Source of the DNA: Epithemia pelagica
Taxonomy: Eukaryota > Protista > Bacillariophyta
Direction: 5' to 3'
Length of the DNA: 64,000 bases
Assembly (NCBI GenBank): GCA_946965045.2
Contig: OX337229.1
Location: 310,001-374,000, forward strand
A program made the position numbers and the translations under genes. Position 1 is the stretch's first letter, and every line of letters begins with the position of its first letter. Shown in pieces: positions 32,401 to 43,246 of this stretch. Below the pieces are notes generated by a model. The model did no database searches. It was not told the DNA's origin and was given only the letters and a program-made list of their open reading frames with translations.

Positions 32401-34215
32401 CATGAGACTGCTGGTTCGAATCCATTCTTATCCAAAGCTTCTCGGGTCAACCGGAAACCAGATCAAGTGGCTGTCTTTGTGGCAGCCAAGGAAGTTTTGC
32501 CGGTCGTTTGTGGATGTACCTATGGACCGCGACAACGGCGACGACAACGATCGGCAGGAACCAAGGAAGGAAAACAAGAGACTCCCAACCATGAGAGTGT
32601 AAATGTGCGATGCCATTTGGACGATGGTTCCTCCCAGTTTGACTTGGAACCATTGAAGTATTTCTTGGTCGATAGTCGATCGGAAGAAGCCGCGTCCGAA
32701 CAAGGTCGATTTCCTACGGCTGTCACACTGAGTCCAGAGGCTATGCTCGATCCAGATCGCATTGCCGAATTTGAAGAACGATTGGAATCGTTGCGGGGCG
32801 CTGTTCACATTGTGATTATGGGAGAAGGCTTCTCCGCCATCCCAACGCTGTACAAACAACAAAAGCTGTCTCCCAAATTGGAAGCTGCCATGGTCCAAGA
32901 TGAATCACGAACCAACATTTGCGCGCTCTTCTTTCTCAAGAAGGGCTTTCCCTTTGTGTCTGTTTTGGAAGGCGGCTTTGCCTCGGCTCATGCTTGGTTG
33001 GTCCGACATGGTCAAGAGGAACAGTACAATTTGAAAGCTGCCAATGTCTTGGTCGACTACAACCCGGAAGCCTCTGTCTTTGGACAAATGGAAACCTTGC
33101 ACAATGCCAGTGTGAGTGAAAAAGCCCAACGGCAATTGGCCAATTTGTTGGAATCATCCTTGGTTGCCATGACCATGCAAGCACAAAACCTGGAGAAATT
33201 GACGGCCGAAAAGAATCCCAAAGCTGGTACTTCTGCCAACAACAACAACACGGGAGGAGGTGGTGGCGGTTTGCGATTGGGCGCCTTTTTCAAAAGTTCG
33301 GCACAAGTCAATGCCCCGCAACCAGACAACACCAAATCGTCCACGACACAGCCCAGCGAACCAGCAGCTTCCATTGAGTCTGTCTCGTCGACCGATGACC
33401 CGAAAGAAAAGGACAGTGAAGCTGCCAAGGCGAGTGGATCGGACGACAATCATAGCACGGGTAGTGAAAGCAACAATATGGGCAAGGAACCCGACAAACA
33501 ACAACAACAACCTCCACCACGCATGGGAGGCTTCCTCAGCAACCCGTTTGGTCGTGGTAAGGCTGCAACAGCCGCCTCCACCGAAGATGGTGCGGCCAAT
33601 CCAAAGTCTCCCTCTTCCACACCTCCACGAAAACAGAGTCCAGCACCCACACGAAGTCCAACGGCCAGTGACAACACTAGCAACAGTAGTAGCAGTGACA
33701 AGAACCAGAAGGACCATGATGCATCGACAGACGAACCTACCAAGACCATCGACTCATCATCGTCGTCGTCTTCCAAAGCAGCCGACTCGAATACATCAAC
33801 CACAACCAGCACCAACACCCCAAGTGGCGGAGGTGGTATGGGCGGTTTGTTGAAACGAAACCCGTTTCGATTTGGTAGTGGAGGCAAGATCAAGAATACC
33901 TCGCAACACGGTGGGAGTAAGATCAAGAATACCTCGCAACACGGTGGGAATTCCTCGGTACATGGACCGTCCAATAACAATAACAAGCAACAACGGCATG
34001 GTCGGAACAAGAGTGTCACCGCGGGTGGCTTTGCCAGTTTGAACAATTTACGCAAAAGTGCCTTGGGACGCATTCGATCGGCACCCGGTGGTGGAAGTAT
34101 GCCGGATCATAGCAATCATTCCGTGGGAAAAGGTGCTGCGGCCGCCTCACTCAAGCGCAACACCAGCAAGGACAATGAGGACGATCAAGAAGAGGAATCC
34201 ATTTCGTTTGAATAG
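29473..34215 (+). CDS. Large TBC(Rab-GAP)-like + rhodanese-like protein (TBC1D23-like)
   Basis: TBC-like helices (LRSELYCRL, LAAYHLPLLVVHLD, ILHLWD, LLRYFLTLAVL) and a rhodanese-like domain (YFLVDSRSEE...GRFPTA, HIVIMGEG, FLKKGFPFVSVLEGGF); long disordered termini. Confidence 0.75.
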   Translation: MSSSPSNNEAVSQDAMENADPNNDEENEEEDMDELFSFGVADVASSADDDDPHPTVVLSRTASSSSATSPSHATSHSVLSPASSSTHSNPLLAASGSSPHAPSSLSPPTTTRIGTGSGLSPPRPRKDTSDSFLDMLNASSSMSSPTHYRYDNDPQEDEETPRNEEPPPQQPSFLSIPSNNNNHHQENSLLSFRPGSGRVDHLDNNHNNTSWNHNSTIATTTLPSSSLDPSQPPSEFDDETQDLLDWLSESGTTKPTTTTTPTKDTTTNHNNKTNESSSQSIQSPSSSSRDPNEQEDNDNDKNNSKTGARKAPWASLLPQRSQDKETDHNQMPTLDDAENDDTIPSSSSSSIHHTSTSTTPPPSPPLPKTLPLALASSETSVSQIRQLAIGTKLVPRSNSGDSTTNTTTTPPPLDDENNNDNRNKTLSEWIAEQPSLRSELYCRLVCGNKSLAHIQSSSLADAFSSWDFESSTVAHTWIPVATRYCLETMPPLEQQPQESAHDTLQQDLMKLLAYHSNNNQHKDSSSSSSSSNSMDVLIPCVARVLLAAGIPVAAASVVLGQVQAQVMPLLALDPHEERWEAALSLHHALYLLAAYHLPLLVVHLDRHLPGWFAPQQQPQQQSTEPAGGPKPTTKATRESSASLLLTNATERARHWEKQGQIPPSWLLSFLSGQVVLPNEEQEEENPEGPSASETSKDSASLSSSSSLPLSQILHLWDIQLVAERPQQALLRYFLTLAVLERAADDLILVTGQELQHQLQQAFALSGLTKTHDDHDDTDPDEMNLDRWFHYGWLLAARALWRATPITVLERLVTAEDEAVQTALQVRQARAEAALKARLQAEAAAHARQQEAKAEQARQRLTRARLVAFYRKHAPEKEANIDKILSNYAGRLEILDAKLFKKYGESFEPALGNNNKGTLTKNKLSGQQRATSTSATGNDKKPPLPQPHKRSKSLLGLGGRKKSATVEDETQDDADDEHETAGSNPFLSKASRVNRKPDQVAVFVAAKEVLPVVCGCTYGPRQRRRQRSAGTKEGKQETPNHESVNVRCHLDDGSSQFDLEPLKYFLVDSRSEEAASEQGRFPTAVTLSPEAMLDPDRIAEFEERLESLRGAVHIVIMGEGFSAIPTLYKQQKLSPKLEAAMVQDESRTNICALFFLKKGFPFVSVLEGGFASAHAWLVRHGQEEQYNLKAANVLVDYNPEASVFGQMETLHNASVSEKAQRQLANLLESSLVAMTMQAQNLEKLTAEKNPKAGTSANNNNTGGGGGGLRLGAFFKSSAQVNAPQPDNTKSSTTQPSEPAASIESVSSTDDPKEKDSEAAKASGSDDNHSTGSESNNMGKEPDKQQQQPPPRMGGFLSNPFGRGKAATAASTEDGAANPKSPSSTPPRKQSPAPTRSPTASDNTSNSSSSDKNQKDHDASTDEPTKTIDSSSSSSSKAADSNTSTTTSTNTPSGGGGMGGLLKRNPFRFGSGGKIKNTSQHGGSKIKNTSQHGGNSSVHGPSNNNNKQQRHGRNKSVTAGGFASLNNLRKSALGRIRSAPGGGSMPDHSNHSVGKGAAAASLKRNTSKDNEDDQEEESISFE
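33886..33949 (+). repeat. In-frame 33-bp-period tandem duplication (KIKNTSQHGG x2) in the TBC gene
   Basis: aagatcaagaatacctcgcaacacggtggga occurs exactly at 33886 and 33919. Confidence 0.95.
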
Positions 34216-35039
34216 CAAAACAAGGCCGAAAATGAATGGAACGAACGAAGTGACATGGACGGCACGGAACGGGTCATGGAGTATTCAAGGCAGGTGCAAT
34301 CTGTGGATCTGCACGGCAGTGTGTGTGGTCGGCGTTGTGCCCTGTATTATTGTGGGTGGACCAGTAATATAGAACCGAATAGGAAAGGACCCCACGCGCA
34401 CACGGCAGAGAACCAACACGGAACGAGCAACAAGAGGTTGCCCGTGCCACACCCCACTCTCATTCTCGCCGCCAACAACACAATGGTCCACTTTGAAACA
34501 CCTCTAGAGACTCGAATCTTTTTTTTTGGTATCTACCAGACACTGCGGTGTGTCTGTTTGTTCCCTACATGTGTGTTGTGGTACTTGTGGAAACGGTCGT
34601 GGATCCAAACTCAGATTTTAGATTATAGTGTGTGTGTCGAGTTCCAGTGGTCCATAGTCGTAGAGAGCAGTATATAGCACTATTGTACCATCTCTCTTCC
34701 ACGGGAGACTGTTTGGACCGAACCATTCGTCGATTCCTGGTCCACGTTATGAATTTATGTCTGATGCAATTCCAAGGATATTAACACAACCAATGACACC
34801 AACAAGTCATTGTCCGCATCCTTCCAGTGTTTGCGGTAAGAAACGAAAGGGCCTGTATTATAGTATATAGGACGCTCTACCATCCAATCCAAGGGGTACA
34901 CCACACTCCAGTAGCTTGCGCGCCACACACAGCATGCCAGTGTGGTTTTGGAACGGACCATTCCAGTCTCGAGTATAGACACACTGGCGGAATCCCTCCA
35001 TGTCGTCGTCCTGTGGTTCCCGATCCTCCGTATGGTGTT

Positions 35040-36275
35040 TTACGATTCCTTTGGTTTGCTCGTAGACCCTTGTGGTGGTGGTTGTTCGGCTTGACAAATG
35101 TGCGGCAGGGCTTGATAAATGGCGTGGGTACAACGTTCTTTGAGAGCTGGTCGATTCGCCGTGGCCGTGACAGCCACGGGCTTGTGGACGGTCAAGGTAA
35201 TCGTGGGTCGATTGGCTCGCGCCAATACGGGATATCCGGCATTCCACACAGTGGGAGGAATGTCAATGGACAGGGGAATCAAGGGCGATTCGGTCGATTG
35301 CGCCACGACAAAGGCCCCTTCTCGAAAGGGCAAGCGATTCGCCATCCATCGTGTGCCTTGGGGAAAAAACATGACGGGAATGCCTTGTTCCAAAATGGAT
35401 GCCTTGGCTTGGGCAAACATTTGTTGCGACGACGACGAGGACGACGACGAGGCCGTGGAAGACGACGACGGTGGTGGCGGTCGAGGCGTATTCGTCGTGG
35501 ACGACGCAGTGCAATTGGAATTCGATTGTGATTTGGGTTTTTTGCGAATCAAGATATTTTGTGCCAAGAGGGCAATTTGGCCGACCCCGGGCAGGTAGGC
35601 AATGGATTGTTTGGCCACCCATTGGAATCGTCCATATTGGGACAAGACAAAGTACACCAAGGCCACATCCAATTGACTGGCATGATTGGCAATGTACACC
35701 GGTGCCGGGACGGCATGGCGACGACGACCCGAGGCAGTCGATGCGTCTTGTGGTGCTGCTGGTGGTTGTGTCTTCGTGTTGGGTTCTGCTTGCTGCTGCA
35801 ATTGCGTTTGGACCGTTTCGTGCGACACGAGGGGTGGCAAGTGTTCCATGCCATGGACTTGGACATGACCAATGAGAAAGGTCACGACCCGGACCGCCGT
35901 CCACCAAGACACATAATGGGCTTGATCGGCCATGGCGGTACGAACTTGCGTCCACGACACTCGGCTGTTGCTGGGGGATGCAAGGGCCCACAGCAACCGA
36001 GGCCCATGCCACAGACAAATGGACGCGGCTCCGACAAAACAACAGGTACACCACAAGAGATTGAAGCAAAATACCTTGATCAAGCCCCAGACGGTCAAAC
36101 TGGGCAAAGAGGGGGGCAACCATATTTTTCGTTCTTGATAGGTGGCAACCGCACTGGCCAATACACTGCCTCCCACCAACCACACCACACACAATCCAGC
36201 CAGCCACTGCAACAACATGGTCGTCATTTTTGTCAGGACAATAAGAATCCAAGACGACCCCACAATGTCCGTCAT
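35040..36275 (-). CDS. 1-acyl-sn-glycerol-3-phosphate acyltransferase (LPAAT/PlsC family)
   Basis: Block I YIANHASQLD (NHxSxxD), WVAKQSIAYLPGVG, block III FFPQGTR, FREGAF, IPLSI; N-terminal TM segments. Start uncertain. Confidence 0.9.
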   Translation of the reverse strand: MTDIVGSSWILIVLTKMTTMLLQWLAGLCVVWLVGGSVLASAVATYQERKIWLPPSLPSLTVWGLIKVFCFNLLWCTCCFVGAASICLWHGPRLLWALASPSNSRVSWTQVRTAMADQAHYVSWWTAVRVVTFLIGHVQVHGMEHLPPLVSHETVQTQLQQQAEPNTKTQPPAAPQDASTASGRRRHAVPAPVYIANHASQLDVALVYFVLSQYGRFQWVAKQSIAYLPGVGQIALLAQNILIRKKPKSQSNSNCTASSTTNTPRPPPPSSSSTASSSSSSSSQQMFAQAKASILEQGIPVMFFPQGTRWMANRLPFREGAFVVAQSTESPLIPLSIDIPPTVWNAGYPVLARANRPTITLTVHKPVAVTATANRPALKERCTHAIYQALPHICQAEQPPPQGSTSKPKES

Positions 36276-37487
36276 CCTTGTAGAACTATATTTGTGTTTA
36301 TATCTCAATGCAAGTGGATCTCCTCTTCTATTAGAACGTTTTGGTTCTCTCTCGTCCTCCTCTTTTGTCGGCCGTGTTTTTTCTATGCAAGTGTATAGAG
36401 TGACGCGAAAGAATGGATTCGATCTTCTTCTCGCTTTCGTGTTTTCTCGTGGTCTTTCTTTGTGCGAGTGAGTGAGTTTGTGTTCCTTGTTGAACGTACG
36501 GTCGAAAAGGGCCATGCCCAAAGATTTTTTGGGGTAGTGCGTCGTCCAGCGATACGCTTTTAGGTCGCCGAAAAAGTCGTATCGCGGACGACGAACAGAA
36601 CGCAAGACTCAAACTATTCTATCTATCTATACTGTATTGTCGGCTGTCGGCTATCCCTTATCCCTATGGATGATGGCCTCTAACGAATATGTAGATCATC
36701 ACCAGAATCTCCTCAATGGTGATGCAGCCGTCATGACGATTGATACAACACACGTTCCAACTCTGTAGATTCCAAGACCATAGAGTGCTGGGATATCACA
36801 CTTGAATGGACGACCCATCCATGCCTCTCATATCCCTCTCTCCATCGCCATGGGTATCATATATTCCCGTATGACGCAAAAGTTCCCTGAAAAAAAAAGG
36901 CAACAATAACAACAAAACGTCAATGATTCTTTTTTCTGTCTTTCTAGATTATAGACCTATCATTCACCGTGTCTCTACTTTGTTGTTCCCTGTTAACGTC
37001 AACCTTATTGTTTTGCAAAGAGTTTGCATCTCTCTCTTTTCCCCTGGGTAGTTAATCCCCTAGTCCACATCCAGATCTGCCTCTCCAGGAGGTGTATATA
37101 TCCCCTCCTAGTTACTATATCTCCAGTTTGCTCCTCTACGCCCCGCACACACAAACCCAACTGTCTTTTGTTCTTGTATGCCCCCGGCCAGTACCTGTCC
37201 AACGACAGTCCTACCAGCACTGCCAAAACTATTGTCTTTTTTTCCGAGACTGGTTCTCCCCTCCATACCATGGTTCTGGTGTGTCGTCACCACAAAGAAC
37301 AGTACCCATGCCACGAACACAACAAGACCTCTTGTTTGCGACACACACAGGTCCGCCCCATTCCATTGGCGCTTTTCCTTTGCTTTGCATTGCAGTCTCG
37401 AGTTTTGATGGTCGAGAGAAGGCGAGAGAGAGGGGGCTCGTGTTCCAAACGATGCCTTGTACCAGAACCGTTCTACTTGTACTACTA

Positions 37488-40037
37488 CTAGGACGAGCTC
37501 GAGGATACATGATAGGATCGGCCGTTGGGATTGTGAATGGGCGTGGCCTCCAAAATGGTACCCGTCCCCTTGTCCCGAACCACGGCCGCCCATTCGTACC
37601 AGACGCGTTGTTCCGATACCGACGACTTGCGAATCATGTGGACACCCACCACCATCTCGCCCTCACCGGAATTGATGGACAGTGGTTGGGCCAAGGGAAA
37701 GTACAAGGGAAACCACGAAAACATGCCCTTGGAAAAGGTTTGAGGACAAATGGAAATGGAAACGATTTCGGGGGCCGACAGGGACGATACCGGACGACGA
37801 ATGTACAAATCGGCCGCAAAGGTTCCCAAAAATCCCGTCAAGATCCACGGAAAGTGACACTGAGACGGACGAAACTGTGCCTGCTGGGTGGTGGCGGCAG
37901 CAGCGGTAGGAGTCGTAGTAGTAGGATTGTTGGAGGATTCGTCCAACATGGTGGCAATCTTTTCCTCCACGGGACCGTATCCCGGACCCCATTGGGCACT
38001 GGTCGAACGGTCCTGCAGGTTGTCAAACTCTAGATACACGCGTTGATTCCAGTCATTTCCCAAGTTGTGGTTGTTATGGTTGGAAGATTCCAGGGTAGTC
38101 GCCGTATTCCGTGTCGTCGCATGGTTCGGATTCGTCGTGGAAGTGTTGGGATGCGCAAAGGTCCAACAGGGCAGGGCGGTGGCCATTTGACTGGCCACGC
38201 GGGATCGTACGACATAGGGAGTTTCCGTGGCTCGTTGCAAGCCAATCACTCCACTACTACTGCCATTCGTGTCGTTGTCGTCGGCCGGATACAGAGCTTG
38301 TTCCTGAACCTTTTGATGCAATTTCCACGATGAGACGGGTGCCAAATAGGACGTGTACCGAGTCGGAATACTAATGGTATGAGGCTGACAGACACTATGG
38401 GGACCATGTGGTTGTTGAAAGAGCGGATCCAAACATTCGGGAGACAATTCATTGTCCCCAAAACTCCCCAACAATTCGCTGACAATCAAATCCGCCTTTT
38501 GATTGTTCAAAATGGGACTGGTCAAATGGCGCAAATCGGAATGGACGACTTGAATGGATATGGGATACCGTTCTTGCCACTGGGCATGGTGTCGCACCAT
38601 GGCCTGGAGGTACAAAATGGCCGACGGATTCTTTTCCACGGCATACAAGGACAGGCGGGAGGGCCGTTGCGGGACGGGCAACTGGAGATAGGCCTGGACA
38701 ACCCGTTGCACCAAGGGACCCCGACCGGCCCCCACGACCAACACCACCACGCCGCGCGGAGGAGGAGTCGCAGTCGCCGTATTGTTGTTATTGGTGCTGG
38801 CGGTGGCAACCAAATCGGTCAAGGCCATGGCAATGGCTTGTTGGTATTGGTTATATTTGATGGGATCTTGTTCAAAGGTTTGGTACGTGGCATTTTCCAA
38901 ATGATCACCCAGGGGTTGCAAGGGTCGTTGCAAGCGATCGCAATGATTCTCTTCGGCCCGGGCCTGAAATGTATCCAACACGAGACGCAAATCCGGACGT
39001 TTGCGAATGTGTTGCAAATATTGAATGTAGGGCAAACAACCCGACACACCCAAACGGTCCACATGGACTTGGTTGGGGGGAATGACAGAAGAGTTGTTGT
39101 GGTTGTTGTGGTTGCTCTGCAAGGCTTGATGATGATGAAAGGCTTGTAGGTCATTGGTAAAATGACACGCCGGTCCTTGAACGAGGAATCGGAGCGAAGG
39201 ACCCCCGAGTCGCTGGAGGAGCCAGGCAGTAATGAATTGCACGCCGCGCGACAAGGCGGGAAAGCCGCCCTTGTTGGTCAAAAAATCGGCACAGGCCAAG
39301 CGACAGCCCCGAATCGTAGCCATGCCCAACAAGTGATGCAAAAAGACGACTTGCAATTTTCCCCACGCCACGGACGACAAGACAGACGACGACGACGACG
39401 ACGACGAGGACGATGAGGGTTGTTGAATGTCGAGGAGAATTCCAATATTGTTGTGGTGGCGGTTGGCAATGAATTGTTGGACGGTGCGCCAATTGTGCAA
39501 CCATTCCTGGGCTTGTTCGACCGAGGCGGGCAAGGTCATGGCAATCCACAAGTGACTATCGACGCGATGCGCATTGCGGGCGGCGTGACGCACGGCTTGG
39601 GCATAGTCCCACAGGGCCGAGACGAGTGCCGGCGACGTTCGAGTCGTTGTGGTTGGATTGGTGGTAGTAGTAGTGTCCATGGGGACCTCATCGGATTCTT
39701 GCTTAATGGGTGGCAGGGGTGGTGAGGGTGTTGTTGTGGCAGGAGTATCGAGGATGGTCCACGATGTGGGAATGGGTGGAAGAATGACGGCTGGCAATTC
39801 CATATGCCAGGCCCATTCCAGCGGTGTGTTCCAACTGGCATAGTTGGGAGCCGTGGTGGCTGTTGTGGTTGGTGATTGTGATTGTTGTGGTGGCAATGGA
39901 CCCTTATTGTTGTCATCCGTGACCAAGACACCCACGACGGTGCTGCGCCATTCCGAACTGGGCCATTCCATGACATCGCTTCGTTCGTCGTGGACCGATG
40001 TTGGCAAGTTGGTGGTACAAAACCGATACCCATCCAT
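37488..40037 (-). CDS. PRMT5: Protein arginine N-methyltransferase 5
   Basis: LQRPLQPLGDHLENATYQTFEQDPIKY, VVGAGRGPLV, YAVEKNP, ADLIVSELLGSFGDNELSPECLD, SIPTRYTSY, ETPYVV, GMFSWFP, VWYEW, IHNPNGRSY. Confidence 0.97.
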   Translation of the reverse strand: MDGYRFCTTNLPTSVHDERSDVMEWPSSEWRSTVVGVLVTDDNNKGPLPPQQSQSPTTTATTAPNYASWNTPLEWAWHMELPAVILPPIPTSWTILDTPATTTPSPPLPPIKQESDEVPMDTTTTTNPTTTTRTSPALVSALWDYAQAVRHAARNAHRVDSHLWIAMTLPASVEQAQEWLHNWRTVQQFIANRHHNNIGILLDIQQPSSSSSSSSSSSVLSSVAWGKLQVVFLHHLLGMATIRGCRLACADFLTNKGGFPALSRGVQFITAWLLQRLGGPSLRFLVQGPACHFTNDLQAFHHHQALQSNHNNHNNSSVIPPNQVHVDRLGVSGCLPYIQYLQHIRKRPDLRLVLDTFQARAEENHCDRLQRPLQPLGDHLENATYQTFEQDPIKYNQYQQAIAMALTDLVATASTNNNNTATATPPPRGVVVLVVGAGRGPLVQRVVQAYLQLPVPQRPSRLSLYAVEKNPSAILYLQAMVRHHAQWQERYPISIQVVHSDLRHLTSPILNNQKADLIVSELLGSFGDNELSPECLDPLFQQPHGPHSVCQPHTISIPTRYTSYLAPVSSWKLHQKVQEQALYPADDNDTNGSSSGVIGLQRATETPYVVRSRVASQMATALPCWTFAHPNTSTTNPNHATTRNTATTLESSNHNNHNLGNDWNQRVYLEFDNLQDRSTSAQWGPGYGPVEEKIATMLDESSNNPTTTTPTAAAATTQQAQFRPSQCHFPWILTGFLGTFAADLYIRRPVSSLSAPEIVSISICPQTFSKGMFSWFPLYFPLAQPLSINSGEGEMVVGVHMIRKSSVSEQRVWYEWAAVVRDKGTGTILEATPIHNPNGRSYHVSSSSS

Positions 40038-40861
40038 GGAACACAATTGATAGAGGGAACACGCATTGGCTAGTATATATAGTATAGAGCAATCATACGG
40101 AATGGAACCAAACGAGAAACATGTACACATGTGTACACACACCAAAACAAGGAAGAAGAGGACCCAGCACACCAGCACAAAATGAGAGACACATTTGCAC
40201 AAGAGGGCACAGGAGTGTTGGTCACGTACGTGTTGGTTGAGGCAAGGACAAGCCAATCACCAAATCTTCGGGGTCCTGCAATTCGGTGGCTGGTGATGCT
40301 TCTGCAGCGGCGGATTCTTCGGGCGATGGAGCCGACGAGGTAAACATGATAATGATCGTTTTGTAAGCCAAACGACACTGTCTGTTGCTTGTTGTTGTTG
40401 TTGTGTTGTTGTTTGTCGATCACCAAGACACACCCTCGTCAATCAATACGGAACACGGCTCGTTTCTTCTTCTGCTTCTTCTTGTTTCGGGGAACAACTT
40501 TGCGAGGAACGCCAATGAGATTCCAGCATAAAAAACAGTCGAGACTCTTACAGATCCACACAAAAGGAGACAACCGAACCAACTCAAAAGGCCTCTTGTG
40601 TGGGTTTGGTTACTTCTGGGCGAGAGAGGTGCAATCGAATCGGCGACTGAAAATTCGATGGCCGCAGTCCCAAAAAGTCTGCCTGTTGACCCGTCAACAA
40701 TTGTCACGCAAATAATGCGCGACCCGAGCACGGAACCATCCGAGCCCCACAATGGCGTTCCATCCGACGTTCCGACTTGGCCAATCCATAGAACAATAAG
40801 AACGAACCATTCAACGAACACACACGGTCTCTAGAGAGGTTCACCTACTTTGGCGGCTCTC

Positions 40862-42844
40862 ATGGTCCAGCATTCGAGATTGGAACCACGTGGACCGGAA
40901 AAAAGAAGAACCAGATTTGTCCTCCCGACACAAAGAAGAACAACAATTTTGACGACGACAACAACAACGACCAGCTCCTGTTTGTGTTGGATCTTGGTAC
41001 TATTACTAGTGGCTGTCGTTGGGGTCCTCGCACAACACCCACCACAACCCTCCGCACCACACTGGACCGCCATGGCACTTGTAGTAGTAGGACGACCATT
41101 TCATCGTTGGACGACAACGACCTGTCGTCCTGGTCGTCTTGGAGTTTGTGGTGCTGGTAGTAGACGGAGGTTCTTGTGGCATGATCTACGACATGGAATG
41201 GCGGCAGCTTTCGTCACGACATGCTGGAACCGGTGTTCCATTCGGCAATCATCATCACGTACGACAGCGACAAGCTTGTGTTCGTTGGTTCAACACGACG
41301 ACGACAGCGACCACCACCATGGGGAGCATTCCGGTCTCCTCTTGCCGTCCCACAACCACAACCAGAAACCCATTACGAGTATTGCGGCACCCATGGTAGC
41401 CGCCAGTGATTATGCCTTTCGATGTTTGTGTCGACAATACGGAGTCGATTTGACCTTTACGCAAATGTTGCATGCCAAAAATGTCTGTCACGATCCACTC
41501 TTTCGACACCATCATTTTGATTTTTACGAATCGACACCAACAAACCTGTCACCACACTCGCAATCGTCTTCTCCTCCGTGGGCACGTTCTCTCTTGGACG
41601 GCTTGTGGGAGTCTCCCATCGCCTCGTCGCACGGCATTCAACCAACACTTCCCCCGGAATGGGACTCCTATACTCGTGGTCCCCTGATTGTCCAATTGGC
41701 GGGTCATGATGTGGCCCAAGTCGTCGAGGCGGCCCAACGGGTCGTGTCGTCCACGACGCCCGGAAGCATTGCCGGCATTGATTTGAATTGTGGCTGTCCC
41801 CAAGGCATTGCCCGCAAGGGCAATTATGGAGCCTTTTTGACCGAAGCCGACAATGGACAGCGCGTGGCCCACATTTTGACGGCCCTGCGACAGGCCTTGC
41901 CGTCCACCATTGCCGTGTCGGCCAAGATTCGCTTGCCCCTCAATCCGTCGGATTTGCCCCGTCGCATTCGAACCCTGGTGGGGACTACGGGCATAAATTT
42001 TTTGACCGTCCATGGTCGAACCCTCAAGGAAAACAAGACCCTGGTCCGCGCCGTGCACTTGGATGCCCTGCGACACGCCGTGCAAATGGCCCACGACGAA
42101 CGAGGCCCCGGTTTTCCCGTGGTGGCCAATGGAGGAATGGAAACCTATGAGGACATGGTGCGGATCCGACAGGAAACCAACTGTGTCGCCGTCATGTCCT
42201 CGGAAGCCTTGCTCGAAACTCCCAATGTCTTTGAACCACCACCTTCCATAGATGGTTCAACGACCCAAAATAGCATGCATCCACGCCGTCGGTTTCAGCA
42301 ACAAGTTCAATTTGCCCGGGATTATCTCCAATGGGCCGCTCTCTATCCACCCCTACCCGGTGTCTTGGGTCACGAAAGTGGCTCCTTCAACATTGTGCGA
42401 GGCCACTTGTTCAAATTGTTGCATCGGTATTGGCACGAACACACGGATTTGCGAGACCAATTGGCCAGTCACTCGGGTACTCGTAGCATTGTGGATGCCC
42501 TTGAGTTATTGGAAACCTTGCAGCAACGATACGACACGCCACAACTGCACAATGACAATGACGACGCATGGAATCAATTGGAATCCTCTCGACCCAATGC
42601 TTCTTGGTATCGACGTCATTGGGATGTGCTGCAACAACCACAATCACAACCACAAAATCAACACGCGGCATCCCGGTCATCCTCGTCATCCTCCTCCTTG
42701 TCGTCCTCGACGACACCCGTAGGATTACTATCCGTGTCCAAAGAGGAACGGAAAGACTTGGTCCGACAGCGCATTGCCAAACTCCACGAATTGCGACACG
42801 CCAAACGAGCAAAGTTGCAACAACAGCAGCAACAACAAGCATGA
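40862..42844 (+). CDS. DUS1: tRNA-dihydrouridine synthase (DUS1-like)
   Basis: APMVAASDYAFR, LIVQLAG, IDLNCGCPQ, KGNYGAFL, VSAKIR, LTVHGRT, VVANGG, VMSSEALL. Start uncertain; subfamily assignment moderate. Confidence 0.88.
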   Translation: MVQHSRLEPRGPEKRRTRFVLPTQRRTTILTTTTTTTSSCLCWILVLLLVAVVGVLAQHPPQPSAPHWTAMALVVVGRPFHRWTTTTCRPGRLGVCGAGSRRRFLWHDLRHGMAAAFVTTCWNRCSIRQSSSRTTATSLCSLVQHDDDSDHHHGEHSGLLLPSHNHNQKPITSIAAPMVAASDYAFRCLCRQYGVDLTFTQMLHAKNVCHDPLFRHHHFDFYESTPTNLSPHSQSSSPPWARSLLDGLWESPIASSHGIQPTLPPEWDSYTRGPLIVQLAGHDVAQVVEAAQRVVSSTTPGSIAGIDLNCGCPQGIARKGNYGAFLTEADNGQRVAHILTALRQALPSTIAVSAKIRLPLNPSDLPRRIRTLVGTTGINFLTVHGRTLKENKTLVRAVHLDALRHAVQMAHDERGPGFPVVANGGMETYEDMVRIRQETNCVAVMSSEALLETPNVFEPPPSIDGSTTQNSMHPRRRFQQQVQFARDYLQWAALYPPLPGVLGHESGSFNIVRGHLFKLLHRYWHEHTDLRDQLASHSGTRSIVDALELLETLQQRYDTPQLHNDNDDAWNQLESSRPNASWYRRHWDVLQQPQSQPQNQHAASRSSSSSSSLSSSTTPVGLLSVSKEERKDLVRQRIAKLHELRHAKRAKLQQQQQQQA

Positions 42845-43246
42845 GGATTGTTTGTCCATCAGAATAGTTTTGCAGATTGGGGCAAACTCCTTGTCCTAGA
42901 GAGGCTGTCTGTGGAAGGCCATGAAGCGTACGAGTCCGCCATAGAGAAAGAAGATCTAGTTGTGGTCGTTCCAGGATGGATGGGTCGCGTCTCATTGGGA
43001 ACGAACGTTACAGAAAAACAGGCAAACGACCAGATATGTGAATACGTGTTCCCTTTGACAGGAGCAGCTCTGCCAATGGAGCACGGAAAGTTCACCAACC
43101 AATCTCTATACATGCTCATACTTGGCCGTTTCCTACAATTAGTTCCCCATCTATTAGAGAGAAACAAGGAGAAAACAAAAGGTTCTAGATACTAATAGCA
43201 GGAGGAGTTCCGTCCGTGTTTGGTCTACACACTATCTACTTACACA

